Part shown: positions 37,657-50,353 of the stretch, piece by piece
Position numbering within the stretch: position 1 is the first letter of the stretch
How the letters are laid out: every line of letters starts with the position of its first letter
Source: Laetmonice hystrix
Taxonomy: Eukaryota
Assembly (NCBI GenBank): GCA_965235115.1
Contig: OZ249436.1
Span: 37,388,001 to 37,448,000, forward strand
Direction: 5' to 3'
Length of the DNA stretch: 60,000 bases
The notes under the pieces: generated by a model
Database searches by the model: none
Seen by the model: only the letters and a program-made list of their open reading frames with translations
Told to the model about the DNA's origin: nothing
Program-made: the position numbers and the translations under genes

Positions 37657-39175
37657 AATGGTTTGTTCGCATGACCGTAAATATGACAGAGGACTTCAGT
37701 ACTTTATGTGAACCCCAAACGTCTAACTCATTATTCCAATAAATGAAACACTTTTGCAGCTAAAGTTCATAGTCAGTTGTAGCATGGCAATTTTATATTG
37801 CCCTCCACATCGTCTTTTCAGCTTTGTTGAACTTAATGTCCTTAACAACATGGAGTTGAACGCCACAGTGTTGACGGGCAATTAGACGTAATTAGTCTGA
37901 TTGGGTGCGAAGTTAAACCAGTTTCCTTTGCCCATTGATCTCCTGTGCCCTGACCGAGGTTGTGGATGCTGTCTATAGCTGTAGGCCCACACAGGGCGTT
38001 GATTTTAGTGGAGTGAGATTTGACAGACAGGGTCAAATCGAAACGGTCAGTTTTACTTCCGGTGAAAACATGAGTAGCAGACGACAGCCACGAACCTTGT
38101 AGCAGGTAATAACTGACAGACATTTTCACATCCGACGAAGGGGATTTGTACACTGAGATAAGAGCTCCTGTGATCAAGAGCCAGAGCACAGATCCACTCA
38201 ACCGTTAAGTGACGTCACATTATGACGTCATACAATGGTTTCCGGAACATGGGGAACGACGAGTGATGAGTTATGTTACGGCCTGCTGACAACTATTGAC
38301 CTTCCTGGGCCAGAGTATACAGTAGTAAATCTTATTCCGACCGTTTTACCAGTGTGGCGGCATGGTAATATGGCATATTATAGAGACATGGCATATTATG
38401 GAGGGAAAAGGGGGACCAACAAGGTATCGTGCTTTAGGGGATACTCATTTCGGAAATTGGGCATTCAAAAATTATGTTAATAATTTATTATCCATTACAT
38501 TAATTTTATTGTCCTTACTCATCCAAAACATTTCCTATTATCAACGTGGTGGTATTATTGATATAGGCCTAGTAAGTTCACACCATGATGGATCTAATAT
38601 GATGTTGGTCAGATATGTATAGCACCAGAGACGTGGGAATACGATTGCCCCTTAAAGTACCTGTACTTTCCTGCCAGTTTGCCGTTTTAAAACTTGTTCC
38701 ATGCATGCAGAAGATCGTGTCAATAGTAAAACATGCCGTTTTAACGAAACATACCTTTAATAGAAGCGTTTACGGATCCATATACGAAGTCTACACGATC
38801 TCATACGATCGCTTGAGAAATCATAATTGCAAATGATCATGCAGTAGCTTTTAAAATCCTGAGCAGAGGACGCTCGGGCTAACCATTCAAATGGAGACAC
38901 TTTATCCAGCGTCGTAAGACTCACGTCATGTTGTTTGGAAACACGATGACAACACGCAACTATGTTTTCAAGTTCTCAATGCTTGTCGGCGATTGGTGCA
39001 ATGGATAGACGCGGCAATTGTTTACCCTAATTGCCGTTCATGATATCATGTCTTGTCTCGAACTATACACTCGAACTATCTCTGCCGAGGGATGAAGGCA
39101 GTTTTATAAAGGGGGGGGGGGGGTAATCTTGCAAGAGTAAGGTTAGTTCAGAAAGTTGTATGAAGAAAAACAAAA

Positions 39176-39740
39176 ATGGTTGCCAACGAGAGTTACAACT
39201 CCCCTGGATCCGCCAACATTATGCAAGTTTTCCATGGCGATTACACCTCTCGTATACAGGGTGTACCTATACATCCGAAACCGAACTCGGTTGTTGCACA
39301 TCTTACAATATTGATCACCCGTGGTGCGCCTGCCTTTAGGCTGCATTACTGTCAAGTGGCCCGACAACAGTTCCACGTCGTACGCGATTACAAAGTCGGT
39401 AACGTCATTTCGTCACCGATTGATATGTGGCGCAGCGTACGCTGTCCGCACGCATGTGCCGGGAATACCTGCGCGTCGTAGTAGAAAAGTGCTGCCTTGG
39501 AAGACGTTGACATCGTCTAGTCTTGGCAGGGCTATCAGACGGACGGACAGCGTTGGGTATGCAGACTGTGAGGCCTGTTCGTCAGGGACGTCCGGGTAAT
39601 TTTGACGTATCGAACTGGACTGCTCAGGGATTTGTCAGTCAATCGGCCTTCCACCCCTGTGGGCACGTGGGGGGAAGAAGGGACTAAATCTCCACGGATG
39701 CTCGCGTCCTTGGGCATGTCAATAAGGCCGGCGATTTGCA
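39176..39740 (+). mobile_element. Degenerate LINE RT fossil (RTE-like)
   Basis: 'GDYTSRIQGV' (DYxKAFDSV), 'YKVGNVISSPIDMWRSVR' (VxVGxxxSxxxxxxxGVRQG), 'SVGYADC' (YADD), 'DLSVNRPST' (GLxINxxKT) and 'SLGMSI' (YLGxxI) are all collinear. Confidence 0.55.
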
Positions 39741-40059
39741 AGATCATCTGTGTGACCGAAATCCTTTTATTTACATTATTCAGGAGAGTATTGTTGGGAG
39801 TTTTGTAAGCACCATTGCTCTGGTCAACAAAATCACTCGTAGATATAACTTACGGGGAACCCTATATATCCCTATTCGTTTTGTCTTTAATGTCATATTC
39901 AGGATAGGGCCTAAATCTTAAAGTATTAAAAGTAAAGAATACAGTAAATGTGTTAAGTAGCACGTGCTTAATTCCCGAGACAATCTACTGATGGCAGGAA
40001 GCACATGGCGTGAACTAATCCGACACGGACATAATAGTCAGTAACGAGGCCAAGATGGG

Positions 40060-40860
40060 CGTCCTTTTTCAAGCAGTCACCTCAGTTACATCTTCCAATT
40101 TTCTTACAGTGCACTTGTCTAACAGACATTTCCAGGATATATCGTGAGGGTCCAGAGGCAGATTCGTGTCTGTGAGCTTTACAGAATGATGGCGGGTTCG
40201 TTGGAGCGTAAGTAGGCTGGCGTCACGGCGGAGTTAACTTTGTCCATGGCCGACCCAAGTCAACCCAATGAGGCTTTCTCACGCACCATCTTCCGATCGC
40301 TGTCTTCCAAGGCATGGCAGTGGCTTCTCGCCGTACCACCAGACGGTCTCTCTGAAGGAGGTGCTGGGCCGGCCCAGGGCCAACAGGTGACAGAAGATGA
40401 CAGAGCACAGGAGCCTGTCAGACGTGGTTTCTGTCCGCCCCGCCACTGTGATAGCGTTGATAGCTGATCAAGCTGACGACGCTGTCCAACTGTAGCACTT
40501 GTGGAACCCAAGACGGCGAAAAGAAGCTCAAAGAGATTTTGATGCGTTGCGCTTTCAAGGAGAGGGAACATTACAGAAGTTGTTGGGAGGAAATATCACG
40601 ATCTGGTGGCAAGGTCTGGGGACGTTGTAGTGTAACACAGTGCAGAGAATGTTTCCCCTTGTTCAAGGGAAATCGTACAGTTATTGTACGTGATGATGTT
40701 CTAGTATGCGACAACCGACCTTGTATTTAGACCTGAAGACCATTACTTGGTCTGACATTGTGCTCCCTAATCTTTGAAGAAGCATGTATAAATTTTGTAC
40801 TTCTCATACTAATTTCAACAAGGTATATTACAGAGCATGTCGTCAGCTTGTTACAACAGG
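40060..40860 (+). mobile_element. Degenerate Gypsy LTR-retrotransposon pol fossil (RNase H to integrase Zn region)
   Basis: 'FQAVTSVTSSNFL' (FxxLKxxLTSAPVL), 'ASR-ELT' (ASRxLT), an AD-LS remnant (ADALSR), 'TLQKL', 'PLFKGNRTVIVRDDVLVCDNRPCI' (PYxxxRxELxVxDGVLxxxxRxVIP) and 'ITEHVVS' (DIxxxVxxC). Confidence 0.45.
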
Positions 40861-41509
40861 CACGGTAGTGATACCCAATTATTCCGCTTCGGATTCTAAG
40901 GGAAGAAAATTAATAAAACACATTTTCTTTTATTTATCTATCTGTTGTTAAAGAAGCAGTGCAATATTTAGCACTTGTTGCATGGTCCAGTGTCACACGT
41001 TCAAACTGGAAGAGGCAATTGCAAACTTTTGGGTCAGCACAGGAAATTGACAACCCTGAGACAGGAAATAGGGATTCCAAAATAGGCCACTTTTGTCGTT
41101 CTCGAGGGCACCACTTTATTCATAATTTTCGGACTGTCATGCACCATGCACTGTGCCCACTTTTGTCACACCGAACATTTCTCCCTAATAACCTAGTTTT
41201 CGACTGAAACATCTCCTCCCCCTCCTCCTGTGATATACCTGACTACTTGTATGATTCTGGCGTACAATGTATGTAGTCTCCCCATGTCGGGATAGTTATT
41301 GATGTCTTTGTGTGAAATGTGTGCTTAACGTGCTGCTAATAATGCGTAGGCTCGCAAGTTATAAAATTTGGCACCGGTAAAAGAAAAGGCCGGAGAAGGC
41401 GTGTAAATGTATTTTTTACTTTTTCATTTCATTTTGAACAAAAGGGGATCTTGCCAGCCAGGTCTGCTTCGGTGCGCCGTGCATAGTAGTGGTAGTATAG
41501 AATGTAAGT

Positions 41510-41521
41510 GAGAGAGAGATC

Positions 41522-41552
<31 letters not shown>

Positions 41553-41682
41553 GAAAGAGAGATGGGGAGGGCAATAGAGAGAGGGAGAAAGAGAGAGAGA
41601 GGGTAAGAGAGAGAGGGGGAAAGGAGAGATATGGGGGAGGGCGAGAGGGAGGGAGAAAGAGAGATATGGGGGAGAGGCAGAG

Positions 41683-41722
<40 letters not shown>
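41510..41722. repeat. (GA)n-rich microsatellite
   Basis: Direct inspection. Confidence 0.95.
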
Positions 41723-41725
<3 letters not shown>

Positions 41726-42429
41726 AAAAAAAGTGAATTTGGTCTTAGTCGACTAGATTCGTTCATCCTACCGTTCGAAGATCTGGCGTCTGAGACAACA
41801 CGTGATAACCTAATGATAGCCGCCATAAGGAACCGTGCCACAGATCGACCCACTGACGGGGAACGGGTTGTATTGCTACATCCCTTTAGAAGAGTCATGT
41901 CGCACTTTTCTCAGGCTTGCACCCTCCCGCCTCCAAGTGGACACTAAGTGACTCATCATACTGTCAGTGTTTGAACCATCAGCACGTGTTGCCAGACTAC
42001 GACCGAACGTGGACCCATGCAGGCTCCTTCCGACCCATCAGCCAGTTCATGGGAGACAGACCCGAGTCTATCTAAGCGATACTTTCAGACGTGACCGTTC
42101 ACTGTACATTTGACCAGTGGTTTCCTGGCTTTATATAGTGGGGAGGTCAAACTGGACCTCCAGAGTGGTGTCCCACACAACCACATTGTTTTACTAAGAT
42201 AAAAACATTTTACAGGCAACAACCAAAGCCCTGGATGTGTAGATCCCGTCTGTAGCACTAAAAATAGATGGACCATCCATAGTTTCTTCCTGCAAGTTGA
42301 TTTCATTAAAACATATTAATAAAAATGATAAAATCAGGGCACCATGGACAATGAGGCACGTGACACCGACGTTCTGCATACGACAGTCGTCACCTAACGT
42401 CAAGGTCAACATAGTTACAGTCATTTATA

Positions 42430-42660
42430 TACAAATTAGGATCTCACCTCCAAAACCAATTGCCTACATGGCTGTATTTTAGTGTGTTCTTTACCACAAA
42501 GCAATATAAGTGAACACCGACTTAAACATCAGAAGGTTTTACAGGTAGAACATATTTCACATTAATCAAGACACCATTTCCACCGTCCTGTCTGTCCAAA
42601 TGAAAACAAGGTGTACAACCAAGCATGTCTGGTAGTGTCATACTGTCTACAGGTAAAACT
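42430..42660 (-). mobile_element. Degenerate CR1-like APE endonuclease fragment
   Basis: 'FHLDRQDGGNGVLINVKYVLPVK' resembles 'FRxDRxxxGGGVLIYVKxxLxxK'. The downstream sequence resembles 'EAIWLEV'. Confidence 0.45.
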
Positions 42661-42989
42661 GTTAACTGTAACTGACTGACGTACAGAGTCGCCGGCGTGA
42701 GGTGTGACAAACCTGGACAAAAGAAACCACTACCTGGTATTTATAGCACAACACTTTATTAGAGGAGGGCGTATACTGGCATAGCTTTCACCTACTCTAT
42801 TTACCACACAGATCTTGATTATTGTTTGTTCATGAAGGAGTACAAGTTGCCCCTGACTTCATGGATCTGTTATCCGTAAACCATCTCATTTCTGCCACGC
42901 TCTCTTTTTTGGCCTTGACAAGTTTAACAAAACCGGTCAAAAAATTATGACTAAAGTGATGTCCTTAAGAACGACAAAAGTGGGCGACG

Positions 42990-43190
42990 GGTATATCGCC
43001 CATGATAACATAAACCCCACGAAATTTGGTGGAAAGTAAAGATCCATGGCCCTGACCTTATCCCTAACCCCTAACCCCAGTCCCTACACCTCCCAAAAAC
43101 ATATCCCTATCCTATCCCTATCCCTATCCCTGACCTTAACCTTAACCCCTGCCCAAACATTTCGTGGAAAGTTATCATGGGGGAAGAACC
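42990..43190. mobile_element. Merlin-like MITE with telomere-like interior, copy 2
   Basis: GGGCGACG|GGTATATCGCCCATGATAAC...GTTATCATGGGGGAAGAACC|GGGCGACG. Exact 8-bp TSD, GG..CC termini and imperfect TIRs of about 40 bp. Confidence 0.88.
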
Positions 43191-43199
43191 GGGCGACGT

Positions 43200-43292
43200 T
43201 GTGACAAAAGTGGTGACCTGTGACAAAAGTGGGCATTTTGTGTGACAAAAGTGGTGACCTGTGACAAAAGTGGTAAAAATGACAAAAGTGGT
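43200..43292 (+). repeat. Short GTGACAAAAGTGG repeat cluster
   Basis: Five copies of TGACAAAAGTGG lie after the MITE and one GACAAAAGTGG lies before it (about 42973), so the MITE interrupted this array. Confidence 0.8.
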
Positions 43293-44190
43293 TGTTACAG
43301 TCGTGCGACTCCAAGTGCTAACGGCGAGGGTGGAGCGTCTCCTCATGGCTATGTTTAAAAATAGAGACCTCAGTCATGGAACATTCCGGAAGTGACGTAA
43401 TTCTAGCGGAACCATTTTAGACATCACCTTTGACTCTGATGATATTTCATTTCCGGGAGATCCCATAGATGGTTTGATATTGAATAGGCTTCGATCCTTT
43501 GGCATAATAAAAAGTGTGAATTGTATTCATAGAATTACCACAATCGAGTGTCGAAGTATGAGACATCTGCTTTTCTTCGCCCAGTAATCGGTGTTCCAAA
43601 CTGCTCCATCAGTTTCAACTTTTTAAACCACACTGGAAAAGGGCTAATACCACTTACGTCTTGCTAACTCCTGCCTTTCTACGACTCCATGTATATCAAG
43701 AACGAATGGGCAGAAAAAAGATTGGATGGGGAGACCGGGGGAGGGGGCTGACCGTTCGATATCTGCATGGGTGCTATGGTTTTTTTTTCTCTGCTGCATA
43801 TTTTGCCATTCCCAAAACCAAATACAATTTTTTGCGACATTTTCGGAACAACCTTTTTATGAAAAAAAATCCATAGCCCCCCCCCCCCCCCCGTGGATAC
43901 CCCCCGCCTTATTCAAAACACCTACTGTAAGGAGGTCGGCTATGCTTATAAACGTCAGACAGGGCACTGTTGGTGATGGCGAGTTTCCGGCGACAAATTC
44001 AACTCTTGATTGATAGGAGTGGCATATTGTTTTGCCCCAGGCTGAGGCAATGCCGCGCTGTGCTGCCAACACCAAGGGAAAAGGAAAGCAAGAGACCTTA
44101 TTTTCTTCCATTGGCATTATTAGTCTGTAGAGTGTTGTCGTCAGGTTATTCGTTTGACTGTCCACGAGGAGCGGGGTCGCTCGATGAATC

Positions 44191-45876
44191 GATATGGTGA
44201 CGTGTGGTGTGCCAGGGGAGAGGTGCAGTCGGCGGCAGTGGGGTGGGGGAGTGTGTTGATATGGTGGGGTGGGGGAGGGTGTTGATATGGTGACGTGTGG
44301 GGAGGGGGAGGGTGTTGATATGGTGACGTGTGGTGTGCCAGGGGAGAGGTGCAGTCGGCGGCAGTGGGGTGGGGGAGGGTGTTGATATGGTGACGTGTGG
44401 TGTACCAGGGGAGAGGTGCAGTCGGCGGCAGTGGGGTGGGGGAGGGTGTTGATATGGTGACGTGTGGTGTGCCAGGGGAGAGGTGCAGTCGGCGGCAGTG
44501 GGGTGGGGGAGGGTGTTGATATGGTGACGTGTGGTGTACCAGGGGAGAGGTGCAGTCGGCGGCAGTGGGGTGGGGGAGGGTGTTGATATGGTGACGTGTG
44601 GTGTGCCAGGGGAGAGGTGCAGTCGGCGGCAGTGGGGTGGGGGAGGGTGTTGATATGGTGACGTGTGGTGTGCCAGGGGAGAGGTGCAGTCGGCGGCAGT
44701 GGGGTGGGGGAGGGTGTTGATATGGTGACGTGCGGTGTACCAGGGGAGAGGTGCAGTCGGCGGCAGTGGGGTGGGGGAGGGTGTTGATATGGTGGGGTGG
44801 GGGAGGGTGTTGATATGGTGACGTGCGGTGTACCAGGGGAGAGGTGCAGTCGGCGGCAGTGGGGTGGGGGAGGGTGTTGATATGGTGGGGTGGGGGAGGG
44901 TGTTGATATGGTGACGTGCGGTGTACCAGGGGAGAGGTGCAGTCGGCGGCAGTGGGATGGGGGAGGGTGTTGATATGGTGACGTGTGGTGTGCCAGGGGA
45001 GAGGTGCAGTCGGCGGCAGTGGGGTGAGGGAGGGTGTTGATATGGTGACGTGTGGTGTGCCAGGGGGAGGTGCAGTCGGCGGCAGTGGGGTGGGGGAGGG
45101 TGTTGATATGGTGGGGTGGGGGAGGGTGTTGATATGGTGACGTGTGGTGTGCCAGGGGAGAGGTGCAGTCGGCGGCAGTGGGGTGGGGGAGGGTGTTGAT
45201 ATGGTGACGTGTGGTGTACCAGGGGAGAGGTGCAGTCGGCGGCAGTGGGGTGGGGGAGGGTGTTGATATGGTGAGGTGTGGTGTGCCAGGGGAGAGGTGC
45301 AGTCGGCGGCAGTGGGGTGGGGGAGGGTGTTGATATGGTGGGGTGGGGGAGGGTGTTGATATGGTGACGTGTGGTGTGCCAGGGGAGAGGTGCAGTCGGC
45401 GGCAGTGGGGTGGGGAGGGTGTTGATATGGTGACGTGTGGTGTACCAGGGGAGAGGTGCAGTCGGTGGCAGTGGGGTGGGGAGGGTGTTGATATGGTGAG
45501 GTGTGGTGTGCCAGGGGAGAGGTGCAGTCGGCGGCAGTGGGGTGGGGGAGGGTGTTGATATGGTGGGGTGGGGGAGGGTGTTGATATGGTGGGGTGGGGG
45601 AGGGTGTTGATATGGTGACGTGTGGTGTACCAGGGGAGAGGTGCAGTCGGCGGCAGTGGGGTGGGGGGGGGGTGTTGATATGGTGACGTGTGGTGTACCA
45701 GGGGAGAGGTGCAGTCGGCGGCAGTGGGGTGGGGGAAGGTGTTGATATGGTGACGTGTGGTGTGCCAGGGGGAGGTGCAGTCGGCGGCAGTGGGGTGGGG
45801 GAAGGTGTTGATATGGTGACGTGTGGTGTACCAGGGGAGAGGTGCAGTCGGCGGCGGTGGGGTGGGGGAGGGTGTT
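44191..45876. repeat. G-rich minisatellite, 67-bp unit with interspersed 26-bp deletion units
   Basis: Long unit GATATGGTGACGTGTGGTGT(G/A)CCAGGGGAGAGGTGCAGTCGGCGGCAGTGGGGTGGGGGAGGGTGTT; short unit GATATGGTGGGGTGGGGGAGGGTGTT. Confidence 0.97.
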
Positions 45877-48800
45877 GGGGAGAGGGAGACATGCGGGCCA
45901 GTGCACACGGTCCGTTGACGTAATCTATGGCTGGTCGGGCGAGCAGTCCAAGATGTCCGAAGACAAAAGGCACGACAATCGGCCCGGCTGTCGCCCATGG
46001 ATCACAGCGGTCGGGTGGCGTGTCACGGACAGACGGCAAGGTCGTCCGGGGAACTCGGGGAGATCAATCGAACCGGCGGCCACTTTCCGAGCTGGCTGAT
46101 TGGGTGGCTCGACGGATGATCGGCGGCACGTGAATGCTGGGGACTCCTATCCACAACCCACCCACCCACAGGACGGGGTATAGGCCATGGTGCAGTTCCC
46201 CCTCCCTGCTCAGGAGAAGTTCCAATGCTGTCTGGACGTGTCCTGTAGAGCTCAGGGCCCTGCACCTTGGCCCAGAAAAGGTCGCCTGTCAGCCTGCCCC
46301 TCGGACGTAACTATGACGTATTGATTTCAGTGTGATGGAGGATTGGTAGGGTCCGGAATGGGTAGGATGGCAAGGTCCCCCGGTCAAAGTCATGGCGGCG
46401 AGGACGGAGGAAAGAAGGGGTCAGCCACTGAGACCCGGCCACCCCGTGGTAACTTACACCTCATTATACACTCACATAATACAAGTTTTATCAACAGCAA
46501 TAATAAAAGATTGGTACAGAAGATGTTATTATTAAGTTTCCTATTCGTGAGTGGGTACTTTTCAACGCGGGTTTTAAAGGTGGGCCAGTTTGGAGTTGTA
46601 ACGTAGGTTCGAGCATCACACAGACAAACTAAACAGATAAATATATTGACACACACAGCGTTAACTTATATGTAATATCTTTATAGCCTCTTTGTCGTAA
46701 TGTTCAAAGGGCTGAACCTAGTTCTGCCAGAACTTTGTATTGTCTTTGTCTGTTTGAAACCGATACAGCAAAACATATATTGCTTATATATTTTTATCAG
46801 GCTTTACCAGCAAACACGGAAAGGGCTTTAAACCAAAATCTAATGATGTTCAAAGGAGTGAAGCAAGCAGTAAATGCGTATAAACATTGGACATTTGTGT
46901 GCTATGTAAAAGTAAGATGCCATACAGGCCTGTATCTGGAAACCTGAGAAAAACAAAATCTTACTTACAATTCAAATCGAAACATGGTTTAAAATAGCAG
47001 ATTTCCAGGTGTTAAGTTAAGACCAAATTGATAAGAGCTATGTTTTGAAACGTTTTTGAAGTACTTGTTGAAATTATTTACTTTTTAAAGTTATGGCATC
47101 GTAAATCTATACCTTCACCTTTAAAACAAGAATCCCATAATTGTCGATTATTGAACAAATAGTCCTACCTCGAGACCTGGAAATGGATAATGTTCAAATT
47201 GTGACTTTTTGTAACATTAGATTTGGTAATCAAGTTACGTCAGATGTGTTAAAAGAACTGAACTTTTTATGTGTTTCTTTCAAACTTAGTTTGGTCGTGT
47301 TTGAGATGACGAGCGATGGGAGGGGGGGGGGGACACTTAATGCCTTCTTAGCGTGGAAACGTGTTGAGTCCTTTAGATCACGCAAACTTGTCTACCGGCC
47401 GCGGTATTGTGCTCCTAATTACAAGTTGTTCAATTGAAAATTAAAATGACCTGTGCATAGTGTGCGTACCCCCGGTCACAGTCGTCCCAGCCGCTACTCA
47501 CTGCCATGCGTCATGACGCGGGCCATACACGTCACCTTCCGTCAGAGCACGACGTGACACCTCACCAATTTACGTCTCTGCCGTCCCAAGGGTTCTTATT
47601 ACGTAGTAATTAATCTCGCGCTAATTAATCGCTGGCCGGTTTGGGACGTCACTGCGCTGTCGTTTCTATGAATTGTGGCTTCGGCCCTCTAGCGGCCGGT
47701 TCAGGAAACACCGCCGGTCGGGTCGAAACACTGTCACTCACCACATTCATGCAACAGTATACTTGATATAGTTTATTGTGGTTTCAGGTGGAGATCTACA
47801 ATAAGTTTGAGATAATAGACTGCCGTTTTAGAAGTAGGCCTATATTAAAAGTCAGTGGGCCTACACGACGTGAAGAATATGCAGGCATGCCCAAATAAAG
47901 TATCACATCAAAGAACAAACTGGACACAATTAAAGGATTCTTTTTGGAGAGTAGCTAAATATGTTCCATACAGTAGATCTATATCTACAATTCAAGATAT
48001 AGCCCTACATATACCCAGTGGAAGCCACTTGTTCACACAATTCGGTCACAAAACTCGGAGAACCTCTTTTTAATCCAGTCGTCTTTGTCGCAGGAATCTT
48101 TTCTTACAGACAAACTAAAGACTATTGACTATTATTTATTTCTAACAGAGCTCTACGTGTAGGAAGAAGGACCAATATACAATTAGCGCCATCATCGAGG
48201 GTATGGCTACTTTATGGTCATTATTCGGTAGTGGTTTTGTCTTCCTTTCTAAAATTCGACACTTCATAATTATATATCCCAGAGAAGGGCTGTTTTCAAG
48301 ATTTTAACGAGTTTCAAAACATGCTAGTTCACAAAATGATAGACATTACAAAGTTTGATATAGTAGAAAAGACATGGAAGGCTTTTTATTCGGGGGGGGG
48401 GTAGTTGTTGCTATTGTTTATATGTTTGCTTGTTTGTTTAGGTAACCGTTGGGACATTGCCCTATGGGGTTAATGCCAATAATGGTGATATTTAAATTGA
48501 TAGCACCATTTCCTATAATGATTTTTGAAGTAGGCCTCGCTATCATTATTTTGAAGATATTAGTATTAGCTCTTACAACATGTGTCCATCACTTGGCTTG
48601 CTTTAAAACCGGTATTTGCTTTCTTCATTTCACCGCACCCATCACTGTGATACTAACAAATGAAATAATTAATTCATATTCAGCACATAGACGGCCTATA
48701 ATTAAACTCTTTCAAAATTGAGGGTCATCGACTTTGAAGAACCTGATAAGATCCTAAAAAGGATGTCCCATGTTATTTGAATGTGTAAATTCGTAAAAGT

Positions 48801-50353
48801 ATAAAAACACCCCTTTTATGACGATTTATAAACCTGCAGTTTTTCTTTTATTTGTTACAAGATGATGTAAGAGATGACTCTTCTCTGGTGTGCACAGAAG
48901 AAGCGCCAATAAAGTCAAATTTATTCTAAGGTATATTAAAAAACAAAATCTACGTTTTACTAACTGAATATTCCAACTTTTTACGCTCTTTGATGGCCAG
49001 TTTTCCTGTTATCTTGACCACACTTGCCAACAAACGCACGCATTTCTAACTGTAAACAGTGTCAATAAGGTTAGGGATCAGGCACCCTAACGCCCCCTGG
49101 TGTATGTTAGGGAAACACTATTTTCCCATCACAAGATTAGTTCAGTGACACGTTCATAGGACACTGTCACGCATAGCTCGGCGTATAGAGGCGGGAGACA
49201 GAGAAGGTTTCAAAGTGCACTCAGTGCGTTCATTGTCAATGATATAACAAAAACAAATAAAACTAGTCGTGCCTGATGGCTTGATGGATAGTCTGGCATG
49301 TTGGAAGTTGAGAAACAGAGTGCACACATAAGATGTAAAGTGGGTTTGTTCACGAACAGGATGGGGAGTAAGCATGAGCGTATTGCTCCGCGTGGCTGGT
49401 TAGTTTCGATCACGTCTGGAGAGTGTGGGCGGGAAAGGTAGCGTTACAGGAAAATAAAATGTCATCAATATAAGAATGGGGCTTGTACGGGAAATACTTG
49501 AGGTGGGTTGATTTTGACACCAGTGACGTAATGGCTAGTGGCAGTTGTATGGGGCCATGCGGGTGCCTTGACTATCGAGGTCGGAACCATGCTATGAAGT
49601 GTCGTGCGATAGATGTGTATGTGGAGTTAGGCGGGTGGGGGGGGGGGGGGTGCCTTGGGCCTTGGACCCTCCAAAGCCATCAGCGCCGAGGCCATGGAAC
49701 CCGGTGGCATGGCGACAGCCCTCTTGCGTGGTCCAAATTAATTAATTCCACTGAGATGCACGGCGATAGAGTCTGATCGTTAATTAAACTCCGCTTTCTC
49801 TGGGCGCCGATTAAAAATGTATGTGTAGGCCGTCCCCCGTGGGAGCGGGGCGCCGAGGCCGGGAGGTGGCTGCTGGGTGCACGTGGCACGCACGGAGGGG
49901 ACCGGTCCGGGCCGGGGGGATGTCGCTCCCATCCCCGGTCGCCGCGCCCCCGCCACTATACAGTCCCCACGGCCGCCGCTGCCCACCTGACGGGGCCTGG
50001 CTATACTTGGCTGGGCAGGCGTCTAAAACAGGATCGATAGCTAATACTGAGCCGGTGGCGGCAGGGCTCGTGTGTCTCGGGTAGTCAGGAGACTGCCTGC
50101 ATGTCCACAGCCTGTTGCCCAAAAGCGGGCAATCCTGCACGGACGTCATTGAGCACACACGTGTTGGCAGCGTGCGTGTATGTGTGGGGTTTTAACCAAA
50201 GGAGTATCGGTATGTACCTACATAGGGTCGAGGGCCGGATCCATGAATTTGAAAGGGGGATCTGGCAAGGGGGGCCCAACACGGTTAATTCAAAAAGCTC
50301 TTTGGGAAAAAGAGAAAATTGGCGCCAAAAGGGAGTACTGACCACAGGACCCG

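Noticed and set aside
37842..38201. Endonuclease-like ORF (ISVYKSPSS...PTAIDSI)
   Set aside because: Only weak motif resemblance and no GDFN or SDH, so it is too uncertain to list.
43857..46039. Three 586-713-aa extensin/mucin-like ORFs
   Set aside because: They are translations of a 67-bp repeat (not a multiple of 3) that cycle the same peptides through all frames.
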